From NCBI RefSeq assembly GCF_009914755.1, contig NC_060939.1: 64,000 bases of DNA; one strand, 5' to 3'. Position numbers and translations under genes: made by a program. Source of the stretch: the human T2T-CHM13v2.0 reference genome, Homo sapiens. Of this stretch, positions 29,561 to 44,339 are shown one piece after another (within the stretch, counting starts at the first letter, position 1; each line of letters begins with the position of its first letter). The notes under the pieces are model-generated. The model was not told the origin of the DNA and made no database searches. It saw nothing but the letters and a program-made list of their open reading frames with translations.

Positions 29561-29725
29561 CATTCCATTCCATTCCATTGAATTCCACTCCACTCCACTC
29601 CACTCAATTCCATTCCCTTGCATTCCATTCCATTCCATTCCATTCGAGTCCATTCCATTTCATTCCACTGAATTCCACTCCACTGAACTCCACTCAATTC
29701 CTTTGCCTTGCATTCCATTCCGTTC
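29561..29725 (+). repeat. ~90 bp tandem duplication (diverged)
   Basis: TGAATTCCACTCCACT..ACTCCACTCAATTCC....CCTTGCATTCC at 29579 and 29669. Confidence 0.75.
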
Positions 29726-30999
29726 CGTTCCATTCCTCTCCATTCCATTCCTTTCCACTCCATTTCATTTTATTCCATTCCACTCCACTCCACTCCATTT
29801 AACTCCGCACCACTCCATTCCATGGCATACCAATCCACTCCACTCCACTCGACTCAAATGCATTGCAATTCCATTGCATTCCACTCCACTCCACTGCTTT
29901 CCCCTCCGTTCAATTACATTCCTACCCATTCCATTCCATTCCACTCCTTTCCTCTCCACTTCACTCCACTCTATTGAATTCCATTCCACCCCATTCCATT
30001 CTACTCCTCTCCACTCCACTCCACTTCACCACATTCCATTCGTTTCCATTCAATGCAATTCGATTCCCTTCCATTCGATTCCATTACATTCGATTCCATT
30101 CCATCTCATTCCATTCCATTCAATTCCATTACATCCTTGTCCATTCCATACCAGTTCATTACATTCGAGTACATTCCATTAGAGTCCGCTCTATTCCACT
30201 TAATTAAATTCGAGTCCATTCCATTCGAGTATAACGCATTGCATTCATTTCCATTCATTTACATTCCACTCCATTCCATTCACCTGCACTCCATTCGGCT
30301 TGTCTCCACTCCACTACACTCCAATCCACTCAACTCCATTCCACTCCATTCCACTGCATTCCACTCCACTCCACTCCACTCCATTCAACTTCACTCCACT
30401 CAATTCCATTACACTCCACTCCATTCCATTCCATTCCATTACACTCCATTCCACTTTACTCCACTCCACTTGAGTCGATTCCGTTCCATTCCACTCGAAT
30501 CCACTAAACTTTTCTACACTCCACTCCACACCACTCAACTCCATTCCACTCCACTCCACTCCATTAGATTCCATTCCATTGCTCTTTACTCCACTCCATT
30601 CGAATCCACCCTGTTCAATTCCATTCCTTCCGATTCCATTCCACTCCATTCCGTTTCATTCCATTCCATTCCGCTCCACTACAATCCACTCCACCCCACT
30701 CATTTCCATTCCATTCTACTCCATTAAACTCCACTCCATTTGACTCCGTTCCACTCCACTCAATTCCACTCCACTCCTTTCCATTTCACTGCATTGCACT
30801 TCACTCCACTCCACTCCACTCCATTCGATTCCGTTCCATTGCATTGCACTCCAGTCCACCCCACTCCACTCCACTCCACTTCACGGCATTCAATTTGGTT
30901 TCAATTCCATTCAATTCTATGCCATTTGATTTCATTCCGTTCTATTCCATTCGATTTCAGTCCATTCCCTTTCAGTCCATTCCATTCCAGTACATTTCA

Positions 31000-33900
31000 T
31001 TCGAGTCCATTCCATTCGAGTCATTCCATTCCATTCCATTCCATTCCATCCACTCCACCCCACTCCATTCCGTCCACTCCACTCCAAGCCACTCCACTTC
31101 ACTCCATTCTGTTCCATTCCAATGCATTCCACTTCACTTCACCCAACTCCATTCCATTCTATTCCATTCCATTCCACTCCACTCCAATCCATTACAATGC
31201 ATTCAATTCCACTTCATTCCATTCCACTCCATTCCATCCCATTCCACTCCACTCCACTCCAGTCCACTCCCCTCCACTCGACTCCCCTCCATTCCATACC
31301 ATTCCATTGCATTCCACTCCACTACACTACACTGCGTTTAATTCCATTCTTCCCATTCCATTCCATTCCATTCCACTCCACTCCAATCCACTCCTTTCAA
31401 TTCCATTCCACCACATTCTATTCCAATCCATCCCACTCTACTCCTCTCCACTTCACCGCATTCCATTTGACTCCATTCGATGCCATTCGACTGCATTCCA
31501 TTTGATTCGATTCCATTCAATTCCATTCCATTCGGTTCCATTCCATCCTATTCGAGTCCCTTCCATTCGATTCCATTCTATTCATTTCCATTCCATTCGA
31601 GTCCATTCCATTCAAGTCAGTTCCATTCCAGTCCATTCCATTCCAGTCCATTCCATTCACTTACATCCCATTCCTTACTATTCCATTCCATGCCACTCCA
31701 TTCCTTTCCATTCCACTCCATTCCATTCCATTCCACTCCAAATCATTCCATTACACTCCAAGCCACTCCAGTCCATTCCACTCCATTGCACTCCACTCCA
31801 CTCCACACCACTCCACTCCAATCCTCTCCCCTCCATTCAATTCCATTCTACTCCATTCCACTCAACTCCACTCCACTCCAATTAAGTCAGTTCCATTCCT
31901 CTCCACTCCATTCCAGTCCACTCCATGCCATGATCCTATACTCCACTACATTCCACTCCACTCCAATCCACTCCACTCCATCATATTCCATTTCAGTGCA
32001 TTCCACTACACTCCTCTCAACTCTACTCCACTACAATCCATTGCATTCCTTTGCACTCCACTGAATTCACTTCACTGCACTCCGTTGAATTCCATTCCTT
32101 CCATTCCATTCCATTCCACTTCATTCCATTCTGTTCAATTCCATTGATTCCCATTCCATTGAATTCCATTCCATTCCACTCAATTCCATTCCATTCTATT
32201 CCATTCCATTCTATTCCATTCCACTCCACTTCACTCCTCTACACTCCATTCCACTCCACTAATCTCCACTGCTCTCCATTCCACTCCACTCCACTCCACT
32301 CTACTCCACTCTACACCATTCCATTCCATTTCATTGCCTTCAACTCCACACCACTGCACTCCACTGCACTCAGTTCAATTCCATTCCTTGTCATTCCATT
32401 CCACTCCATTCCACTACACTCCATTCCCGTCTACTCAATTCCATTCTAACCCATTCCATTACACTCCATTCCACGGCACTCCACTGCACTTCACCGAATT
32501 CCTTTCAATTCCATTCGATGCCACTCGATTCCATTCCGTTCGATTCCTTTTGTTGCTTTTTGATTCCATTCCATTCCAATTCCATTCCATTTGATTCCAT
32601 AACGTTGGATTCCACTCCATTCGATTTCATTCCATTCTATTCCATTCCAAACCATTCGAGTCCAATCCATTCGAGTTCATTCCATTCCATTCCATTCTAT
32701 TCCATTCCATTCCTCTCCACTCCACTACAGTTTACTTCCCTCCACTCCACTCCATTCCATTCCTTTGCATTCCACTGCACTCCACTCCATTCATTTCCAT
32801 TCATTCCCATTCCAGTCCATTCCAGTCCATTCCACTCCTCACCAATCCACTCCATTCAATTGCATTCCACAAAATTCCATTCCACTGCATTCCACTCCAA
32901 TCCACTCCATTCCGTTCCATTCCATTCCACTCGACACCGTTGCATTCTACTCCTCTCCACTCCACTCCATTCCACTCCACTCCACTAAAATCCACCACAC
33001 TCCAATCCAATCCATGCCATTCCGTTCCATTGCATTCCTCTCCATTCCACTCCACTCAATTCAATTCCATTCCACCCCATTCCACTTCACTCCATTCCAC
33101 TCCACTCCATGCATTTCGATTCATTCCCATTCCATTCCATTCCACTACATTGCACTCCACTCTATGCCACTTCACTGCATTCCGTTGAATTCCATTCAAT
33201 TCCATTCCTTCCATTCAAATCCATTCCATTAAATTTCATTCCATTTGATTTCATTCCATTCGATTCCATTCCACTCAAGTCCATTCCATTCGTGTCCATT
33301 CCATTCCAGTCCATTCTATTTCTTTCCATTCCACTCCACTCCACTACAGTTTACTCCACTCCACTCCATTCCTTTGCATTCCACTCCAATCCACTCCACT
33401 CCACTCCATTCAAATCCGTTCATTCGCATTCCATTCCTTTCCACTCCTTTCCACTCCACTCTTATCCACTCCAATCAATTGCATTCCCCCAAATTCCATT
33501 GCACTCCATTCCACTCTACTCCACTCCACTTCTCCGCATTCCATTCAATTCCATTCGATGCCATTCGATTCCATTCCTTTCGAATCAATTCCATTCAATT
33601 CATTCCATTGAATTCCATTCCATTTGATACCATTCCATTGAAGTCCATTCCATTCATGTCCATTCCATACCTTTCCATTCCATTCGACTCCACCCCACTA
33701 CACTCCACTCCACTCCATTCAATTCCATTCCATTACATTCCATTCCACTCCTCTCCACTCCACTACTTTCAGTTCCATTCCATTCCATTCCATTACACAC
33801 CATTCCACTCCCCTCCACTCTATTTCAATCCATTCCACTCCTCTCCATTCCATTACATTCCATTCCACTCCACTCCTCTCCACTCCATTCCATTCCACTC

Positions 33901-34500
33901 CACACCTCTCCACTCCCCTCCCTTCCATTCCATTGCATAGCATTCAATTCCTCTCCATTCAAATCCGTTAAATTCCACTCCTGTCTACCCCATTCCATTC
34001 CCGTCCGTTCCATTCTATTCCACTCAACTCCATTCCATTCCATTCCATTCCAGTCCACTCCATTCCATTCCTTTCCACTCCATTCCATTCCATTCCACTA
34101 TATTCCATTCCACTCCACTCCACTCAGTTCAATTCTATTCCTTCCCATTCCATTGCATTCCATTCCATTCCATTCCATTCCACTCAATTCCATTCCATTC
34201 AGTTCCTTTCCACTCTATTCCAGTCAACTCCACTGCATTCCACTCCACTCCACTGCATTCCAATCCACTCCACTCTACTCCACTCCACTCCAATCTACTC
34301 CATTCCATTTCATTTCATTGCCTTCAACTCCACTCCACTGCACTCCACTGCAATCCATTCAATTTCATTCCTTCCCATTCCATTCCATTCCACTCCATTC
34401 CACTACACTACACTCCAGTCCGTTCCATTCCATTCTAACCCATTGCATTCCACTTCATTCCACTCCACACCCCTTCACCACTTTCCATTAGATTCAATTC
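31000..34500 (+). repeat. Copy A of an old ~5.4-5.56 kb-offset duplication
   Basis: Colinear rare landmarks shared with 36400-40020: 31018/36429, 31269/36670, 32461/37921, 32722/38272, 33160/38704, 33341/38876, 33527/39067, 33967/39527. Ends are approximate. Confidence 0.85.
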
Positions 34501-36399
34501 GATGCCATTCAATTCTAGTCCATTCGATTTCATTCCATTCGATTCCATTCCACTCCTTCCATTCCATTCGCTTCCATTCCATTCGTTTCTATTGTTTTTC
34601 ATTCCACTTCTTTCCAATCCATTCCATTCCAGTCCATTCCATTACATTCCATTCCAGTCCATTCCATTCCAGTCAATTCCCTTCCTTTCCATTCCATTCC
34701 ATTCCATTTGACTCCATTCCACTCCACTTCACTCTACTCCACTCCATTCCAATCCATTCCATTGGATACTTCTCCACTTCACTCCACCTCGTTAGAATTC
34801 ATTCCTTCCCATTCCATTCCATTCCACTCCATTCCACTCCACTGCGCTCCTCTCCATCCAATTCCATTCCATCCCGTTCCATTCCACTCCATCCCACTCC
34901 AGTACTCTGCACTTCACCGTATTCCATTCAAATCCATTCGATGCCATTCGATGGAATACCATGCGACTCCATTCCATTTGATTTCATTCAATTCGATTTC
35001 ATTCCATTCGATTCCATTTCATTCGATTCCATTCCATTCGATTCCGTTCCATTCGCGTACATTCCATTTGTGTCCATTACATTCGAGTGCATTCCTTTCC
35101 AGTCCATTCCATTCCAGTCCATTTCATTCGAGGTCTTTCTATGCCTTTCCATTCCATTATATTCCATTGCATTCCACTCCTCTTTGCTCCAATGTACTCC
35201 ACTCCATTCGATTCCTTTCCATTGTATTTCGTTAAAGTCCACTCCAATCCACTCCTTTCTATTCCATTCCATCCCTTTCCATTAACTTCAACTACATTCC
35301 ACTCCACTCCTCTCCACTCCATTAAATTCCACTCCACCCCATTCCATTCCACTCCATTCGACTCCACTCCACTCCACTTCATCACATTCCTTTCAATTCC
35401 ATTCGATGCCATTCGATTCCATTCCATTCGAGTCCATTCCATTATAGTCCATTCAATTCGATTCCCTTCCATTCGAGTTCATTGCATTCGAGTCCATTCC
35501 ACTCCATTCCATTCCATTCCAGTACATTCCATTCGAGTCCATTCTATTAGAGTCCATTTCATTCCATTCCATTCCATTGCAGTCCAGTCCATTTCACTCA
35601 ATTCCATTCCTTTCCATTCCATTCCATTCCATTTTACTCCATTCAACTCCACTCCACTCCACTACATTCCATTCCATTCCATTGGATACTACTCCACTCC
35701 ACTATACTCCGTCCAATTAAATTTCTTCCTATTCCTTTCCATTCCACTCTATTCCACTCCACTTCACTCCATTCAATTCCATTCTGCCCCGTACCATTCC
35801 ACTCCAGTCCACTAAACTCCAATTCATCGCATTCCTTTCGATTCCGTTTGATGCTATTCGATTCCATTCCTTTCTATTCCATTCCATTTGATTCCATTCC
35901 ATTCAATTCCTTTCCATTCAATTTCATTACTTTGCAGAACTTCCATTTTTGTCCATCCCAATCGAGTGCATTCCATTCCAGTACATTCCATTCCAGTCCA
36001 TTCCATTTGAGTCCATTCCTTTCCATTCAAATCCATTCTAATCTCTTCCATTCCATTCCACTCCACTCCACTCAACTCTACTCCACTCCAATTTTTTCCA
36101 TTACATTGCATTCCACTCCACTCCACTCCACTCTGTTCAATATCATTCCTTCTCATTGCATTCCATTCCACTCCATTCCTCTCCACTGCACTCCTTTCCA
36201 ATAAATTTCTTTCAACCCCATTCAATTCTGCTCCATTCCACTCCACCCCACTCCCCTTCACCACTTACCATTCGAATCCAGTCGATGCCATGCTTTTCCA
36301 TTCCGTTGGTATCAATTCCATTCAATTCCATTCCATTTGATCCCATTCCATTCGATTCCATTCGATTCCACTCCATTCCTTTTGAGTCCATTCAATTCC

Positions 36400-39300
36400 A
36401 GTTCATTTCATTCGATTCCATTCCATCTGAGTCATTCCATTCCATTCCACTCCACCCCACTCCATTCCATCCACTTCACTTCACTCCACTCCACTCCATT
36501 CTATTCCAATCCAATGCATTCCACTTCAGTTCACTCCACTCCATTCAATTCTATTCTATTCAATTCCACCCCACTAATTTCATTACACTGCATTCGATTC
36601 CACTGCATTTCTTTCCACTTCATTCTATTCCATTCAAATGCATTACACTTCACTTCACTCCACTCCACTCCCCTCCACTCGACTCCACTCCATTCCATAC
36701 CATTCCATTACAATCCAATCCACTGCACTCCACTGCATTTAATTCCATTCCTTCCCATTCCATTCCATTCCACTCCACTCCACTCCACTCCATTCAATTC
36801 CATTCCACCACTTTCCATTCCAATCCACTCCCTCCATTCCACTACACTCCACTTCACCGCATTCCATTCGATTCCATTCGATGCCATTCGATTCCATTCC
36901 ATTTGATTCCATTCCGTTCCATTCCTTTCCGTTCGATTCCATTCCATCCTTTACCATTCCATCTGTTCAGTGTGATCCATTCTGTTCGATCACACTCCAT
37001 TCGATTACATTCCATTCGATTCCATTCCGTTCGAGTCCACTCCATTCAAGTGCATTCTATTCAAGTCCATTCTATTCGACTCCATTCCATTCGAGGACAT
37101 CCCATTCCAGTCCATTCGATTCAAGTCCATCCCATTCGAGTCCATTCCATTCCATTCCATTCCACTCCATTCCATTCCACTCCAATGCATTCCATTAATC
37201 TACACACCACTCCACTCCATTCCACTCCATTCCACTCCATTCCACTCCACTCCACTCAACTCCACACCACTGCACTCCACTACACTCCCCTCCACTCCAC
37301 TCCCCTCCATTCCATTCCATTCCACTCCATTCTATTCCACTCCACTCCACTCCATTCCACTCCACTCCACTGCATTCCATGCCCCTCCTTTCCATTCCAT
37401 TCGATTCCACTCCATTCCACTCCACTCCACTCCACTTGAGTCAATTCCATTCCACTCCACTCCATTCCATTACACTCCACTCCACGACTCTATACTCCAC
37501 TCCATTCCACTCCACTCCAATCCATTCCACTCCATTATATTCCAATCCTGCGCATTCCAATACACTCCTCTCAACTGTACTCCACTACAATCCATTGCAC
37601 TGAATTGCACTCCACTGCACTTCACTCCACTCCACTCCGTTGAATTCCATTCCTTCCATTCCATTCCACTCCACTCCATCCTGTTCAATTCCATTCCTTC
37701 CCATTTCATTGCATTCCATTCCATTATATTCCATTCCATTCCACTCAATTCCATTTCATTCAATTCCATTCCACTCCACTGGACTCCTCTCCACTCAACT
37801 CTACTCCACTGCACTCCACTGCACTCTGTTCAATTCCATTCCTTCCCATTTCTTTCCATCCCACTCCATTCCACTACACTCCATTCCAGTATATTCAATT
37901 GCATTCTAACCCATTCCTTCACACTCCATTCCACGACACTCCACTCCACTCCACTTCATCGCATTCTGTTCTCTTCCATTCGAGGCCATTTGATTCCATT
38001 CCATTCGATTGAATTTGATGCCTTTGAATTCCATTCCATTCCAATTCCATTCAGTTTGATTCCATACCATTCAATTCCATTCCATTCGATTCCATTCCAT
38101 TCTATTCCATTCAAATCCATTCGAGTCCAATCCATTCAAGTCCCTTCCATTCCACTCCACTCCATTCTACTGCACTCCACTCCTCTCCACTCCATCCCAT
38201 TGCATTTGATTAAATTTCTCTCCATTCCATTCCATTCCATTTTACTCCATTCCTGTCCATTCCTCTCCACTCCACTACAGTTTACTCCTCTCCACTCCAC
38301 TCCATTCCATTCTTTTGCATTCCATTCCACTCCACTCCATTCAATTCCATTCATTCCCATTCCATTCCAATGCATTCCACTCCACTCCAATCCACTACAT
38401 TCAATTGCATTCCAAAAAATTTCATTCCAATCCATTCCACTCCATTCCACTCCAATCTGTTCCATTCCATTCCACTCGACACCATTCCATTCCACTACTC
38501 TCAACTCCACTCCATTCTTCTCCACTGCACTCCACTACAATCCACTACAATCCAATCCATCTCATTCCATTCCATTCCATTGCATTCCACTCCACTCCAC
38601 TCAATTCAATTCCATTCCACCCCATTCCATTCCACTCCATTCCACTCCTCTGCATTCAATTCAAGTCATTCCCATTCCATTCCATTCCATGACATTGCAG
38701 CCACTCTACGCCACTTCACTGCATTCCATTTAATTCCATTCGATTCCATTCCTTTCAAATCCATTCCAGTCATTTCCATTCCTTTCGATTCCATTCCATT
38801 CAATTACATTCCACTTAAGTCCATTCCATTCATTTCCATTCCATTCTAGTCCATTTTATTCCATTCCACTCCACTCCACTACAGTTTACTCCACTCCACT
38901 CCATTCCATTCCTTTGCATTCCACTCCAATCCACTCCACTCCACTCCATTCCATTCCATTCATTCCCATTCCATTCCATACCACTTCATTCCACTCCACT
39001 CCAATCCACTCCGTTCAATTGCATTCCACCAAATTCCATTCCACTCCATTCCACTCCACTCCACTCCACTTCTCCGCATGCCATTCGATTCCATTCGATG
39101 CCATTCGATTCCATTCCTTTCGAATCCATTCTATTCAATTCATTGCATTCGATTCCATTTCATTTGATTCCATTCCAATACAGTCCATTCCATTCGTGTC
39201 CATTCCATACCATTCCATTCCATTCCATTCCACACCACCCCACCCCACTCCACTCCACTCCACACAATTCAATTCCATTCCATTGTATTCCATTCCACTC

Positions 39301-40020
39301 CTCTCCACTCCACTACATTAAGTTCCATTCCATTCCATTCCATTACAATACACTCCATTCCACTCCCCTCCACTACATTCCAGTGTGTTCCACTCCACTC
39401 TATTCCATTTCATTCAATTCCACTCCACTCCTCTCCACTCCACCCCACTCCATTCCACTCCACTGCACTACTCCCCACTCCACTCCATTCCATTCCATAG
39501 CATTCAACTCCGCTCCACTCCAATCAGTTAAATTCCACTCCTGTCAACCCCATTCCATTTCCCTCCATTCCATTCCATTCCCACTCAACTCCATTCCATT
39601 CCATTTCATTCCAATCTACTCCATTCAATTCCATTCCTATCCCTCACATTCCATTCCATTCCATTCCATTCAATCTCTTTCCACTCCATTCCACTCCATT
39701 CCACTCCATTTCTTTACATTCCATTTCATTACATTCCACTCGACACCATTCAATTCCACTCCACTACACTCCACTCCATTGCATTCCACTCCACTCCACT
39801 CCTGTACAATCCAATACACTCCAATCCAATGCAAGCCATTCCAATCCATTCCATTGCATTCCTCTCCCCTCCATTCAATTCAATTCCATTCCACCCGATT
39901 CCATTCCACTCCATTACACAACACTCCATTCAATTCCATTCCTTCCCACTCCATTCCATTCCACTTCATTCCACTCCTCTCCACGCCCCTTCACTGTATT
40001 CCATTGAATTCCATTAGATT
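36400..40020 (+). repeat. Copy B of the ~5.5 kb-offset duplication
   Basis: Same landmarks as copy A, e.g. CCACTACAGTTTACT twice in each copy, CTCTA[T/C]GCCACTTCACTGCATTCC, and GTTAAATTCCACTCCTGTC. Ends are approximate. Confidence 0.85.
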
Positions 40021-43000
40021 CCCTTCGATTCCAGTCCTTTCAAATTGATTCCATTGAATTCCATTCCATTCAATTCCATTCCATTCGATTCCATTCCACT
40101 CAAGTCCGTTCCATTCGTGTCCATTCCATTCTAGTCCATTCTATTCCATTCCATTCCACTCCACTCCACTGCACTCCTCTCCATTCAATTCCATTCCATT
40201 GAATTCCTCTCCACTCCACTCCACTGCATTCACTTTCTTTCCATTCCTTTCCATTCCACTCAATTCGACTCCCGCCTACTCCATTCCATTCCATTCCACT
40301 CCACCACATTCCATTTCATTCCATTCCACTCCACTCCACTCCAATCCATTCCACTCCACGCCACTTTACTCCTTTGCACTCCACTCCATTCCATTATATT
40401 CCATAGCATTCCACTCCACTCCACCTCACTCCGTTAAATTCCAATCCTGTCAAACGCATTCCATTCCCCTCAATTCCATTCCATTCGAGTCCATTCAATT
40501 AACGTACACTATATTCCAGTCCATTCCATTCGAGTCCTTTCCATTTGAGTCCATTCCATTCCAGTCCATTCCATTCCATTCCATTCCATTCCATTCCAAA
40601 CCACTCCATTCCACTCCACTACACTCAACTCCATTCAACTCCACTCCACTCCAGTCCACTACACTCCACTCCATTCCCTACCTTTCCATTCTATTCAATT
40701 CCATTCCTTTCCATTCCGTTCCTTTCCACTGCATTCCATTCCATTCCACTCCATTCCATTCCATTTCATTCCATTCCACTCGACTGCATTCTATTCCATT
40801 CCACTTCACTCCACTCCTTTCCACTCCATTCCCCTCCACTACAATCCATGCAATTCCAGTCCATTCCATTGCATTCCACTCCACTCCACTCCATTCAATT
40901 CCATTCCACCACATTCCATTCCACTGCATTTCCCTCCACTCCACTCCACTCCAATTCACCACATTCCATTCAATTCCATTCAATTCCATTCAATTCCATT
41001 CCTTTCGATTGCATTCCATCTGAGTCCATTCCATTCCAGTCCGATCCATTCGAGTGCATTTCTTTCGCGTCCATTACAATCCAGTACATCCCATTTGAAT
41101 CCTTTCCATTCGATTCCATTCCGTTCGATTCCATTGCATTTGAATTTATTCCATTCGATTCCATTCCATTCGAATCCATTCCATTCGTTTCCATTTCATT
41201 CAATTCCGTTACATTCCAGTCCATTCCATTCCAGTCCATTAAATTCCTGTCCATTCCATTCGAATCCATGCCATTCCATTTCATTCAATTCCATTCAATT
41301 CGTGTGCCATCCATTCGAGTCCATTCCATTCCAGTCCATTCCATTCGAATCCATTCAATTCGATTCCATTCCGTTCATTTCCTTTCCATTTGATTCCATT
41401 CCATTAGCGTCCATTCCATTCCAGTCCATTAAATTCCAGTCCATTCCATTCGAATCCATTCCATTTCATTATATTACATTCCACTCCCCTTCACTCCACT
41501 CTACTACATTCCATTCCGTTACATTTCATCGCACTCCTCTCCTTTCCACTTCAGTCCATTCAATTCCATTCCTTCCCATTCCATTCCATTTCAATCCCTA
41601 CCACTCCACTCCTCTCTGCTCAATTCCATTCCACTGCCTTTCACTCCACTCCACTCCACTTCATCGCATTCCATTCAATTACATTTGATGTCTTTCGATT
41701 CCATTCCATTCCATTCCATACCATTTGATTCCATTCCATTCGATTTGATTCGTTTCAACTCCATTCCATTCCATTCCATTCAATTCCATTCCACTCCATT
41801 TCATTCCATTCCATTCCACTCCGTTCTACTCCACTCCACTAAACTGCACTGCACTCCACTGCATTCCATTCCATTCCATTGAATTCGATTCAATTGCACT
41901 CCATGCCTTTCCATTCCATTCCATTCCATTCCACTCAATTCCTATCCACTCCACTACAATTTATTCCACTCCACTCCACTCCATTCCTTTCCATTCCTTT
42001 GCATTTTACTCCAATCTCCTCCACTTCATTCAATTCCATTCATTTCCATTCCATTCCATTCCACTCCATTCCAATCCACTCCACTCCACTCCATTCAAAT
42101 ACATTCCACCAAATTCCATTCCACTCCATTCCACTCCACTCCACTCCACTTCGCCGCATTCCATTCGATTCCATTACATCCCATTCAATTCCAGTCGTAT
42201 CCACTCCATTCCCTTCCATTCCATTCCACACTACTCCACTCCATTTGAATCCATTCAATTCCATTCCATTGCATTCCACTCCACCCCACTCCACTTCAAC
42301 CCATTCAATTCCATTCTATTCCATTCCACTCCCCTCCACTCCATTCCAATCCATTCCACTGCCCTCTATTCTATTTCATGTCATTACACTCCACTCCTAT
42401 CCACTCCACTCCTCTCCACTCCACTCCATTCCATTCCATTCCATAGCATTCCTCTCAAATCCACTCCACTACACTCCATTAAATTCCATTCGTTCCCACC
42501 CCATTCCATTCTATTCCATTCCTTTCCTCTTCAATCCATTCCATTCTACTCCATTCCATTCCATCCTACTCGACTGCATTCCATTCCTCTCCCCTCCACT
42601 CCATTCCGCTCCATTCCACTCCAATACACTCCACTACACTCCAATTCAATCCACACCATTCCATTCCATTCCATTGCATTCCACTCCACTCCACTCCATT
42701 CAATTTCATTCCACCCCATTCCATTCCACTCCATTCCACTCCACTCCACTTCACCACATTCCATTCGATTCAATTCGATGCCCTTCGATTCCATTCCATT
42801 TGATTCCATTTCATTCAATTCAATTCCATTTTATTCCATTCCATTCATTTGCGTTTCATTCGATTCCATTCTATGTGATTCCATTCCATTTGATTCCTTC
42901 CCATTCTATTCCAAACCATTCGATTTAGTTCCATTCGAAACCTTTCCATTCCATTCCATTCCATTCCACTCCATTCCATTCCATTAAACTCCACTCCACG

Positions 43001-43660
43001 CCACTCCAATCTACTCCACTCCACTCCATTCCATTGCACTCCACTCCATTCCCCTCCAATTCATTCCATTCCATTCTATTGCACTCCACTCCACTCTATT
43101 CAATTCCATTCCTTCCCATTCCTTTCCATTCCACTCCATTCGACTCCACTCCACTGCTTTCAATTCCATTCCATTCTATTCCATTCCACTCCATTCCATT
43201 CCACTCCACTCCACTCCAATCCATTCCATTCCATTGCATTCCAATCCACTCCACTGCACTCCACTCCATTCCATTCCCTTCCTTCCCATTCCATTCCTTC
43301 CCATTCCATTCCATTCCACCCCTTTCCACTCCACTGCACTCCACTTTATTCAATACACTTCCACCCCATTCCTTTCCACTCCATTCGAGTCTACTCCACT
43401 CCACTTCACCACATTCCATTCGATTATATTAGATGCCATTTGATTCCACTTCTTTCGATTCCATTCCATTCAATTCCTTTCTATTCGAGTCCATTGCATT
43501 CAAGTCCATTCCATTCAAGTCCATTCCATTCGGGTCCATTCCCTTCTGGTCCGTTCCTTTGTATTCCATTCCATTCCACTCCACTCCACTTTTCTACACT
43601 CCTTTCCATTCTGTTCCATTCCATTCCTTTCCAACCCATTCCATTCCACTCCATTCCATT

Positions 43661-43798
43661 CTATTCCACTCCACTCCATTAAATTCCATTCCATTCGATT
43701 CCATTCCATTCCATTCCATTCCATTCCATTCTATTCCACTCCACTCCATTAAATTCCATTCCATTCGATTCCATTCCATTCCATTCCATTCCATTCCA
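43661..43798 (+). repeat. Near-perfect 70 bp tandem duplication
   Basis: CTATTCCACTCCACTCCATTAAATTCCATTCCATTCGATTCC... at 43661 and 43731. Confidence 0.88.
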
Positions 43799-44339
43799 CT
43801 CCATTCCATTCCATTCCACTCTACTCCATTCCATTCCACTCCCCTCCAGTCAACTCCATTCCCCTCCATTCCTTTCCATTGCATTCCATTCCATTGCAAT
43901 TTATCCACTCCACTGCATTCCACTTCATTCCATTCCACTCCACTTCTTTCCATTCAACTCTACTCCACTCCACTCCACTCAACTCCAGTCCACTACACTT
44001 CATTCCATTCCATTGCATTCCACTCCACTCCACTCTGTTCAATTCCATTCCTTTCCATTTAATTCCAATCCACTGCATTCTACTCCACTCCACTCCGTTC
44101 AATTCCATTCAACACCATTCCATTCCACTCCATTCCACTCCACTCCACTTCACCGCATTCCGTTTGATTCCATTCGATGCCATTTTATTATATTCCATTC
44201 GATTATATTCCACTCGATTCCATTCCATTACATTCCATTACATTCGATTCCATTCCATTTGATTCCAATCCGTTAGATTCCATTCCATTCGATTTTATTC
44301 CATTTGATGCCTTTCCATTCGATTCCTATCCATACATTT

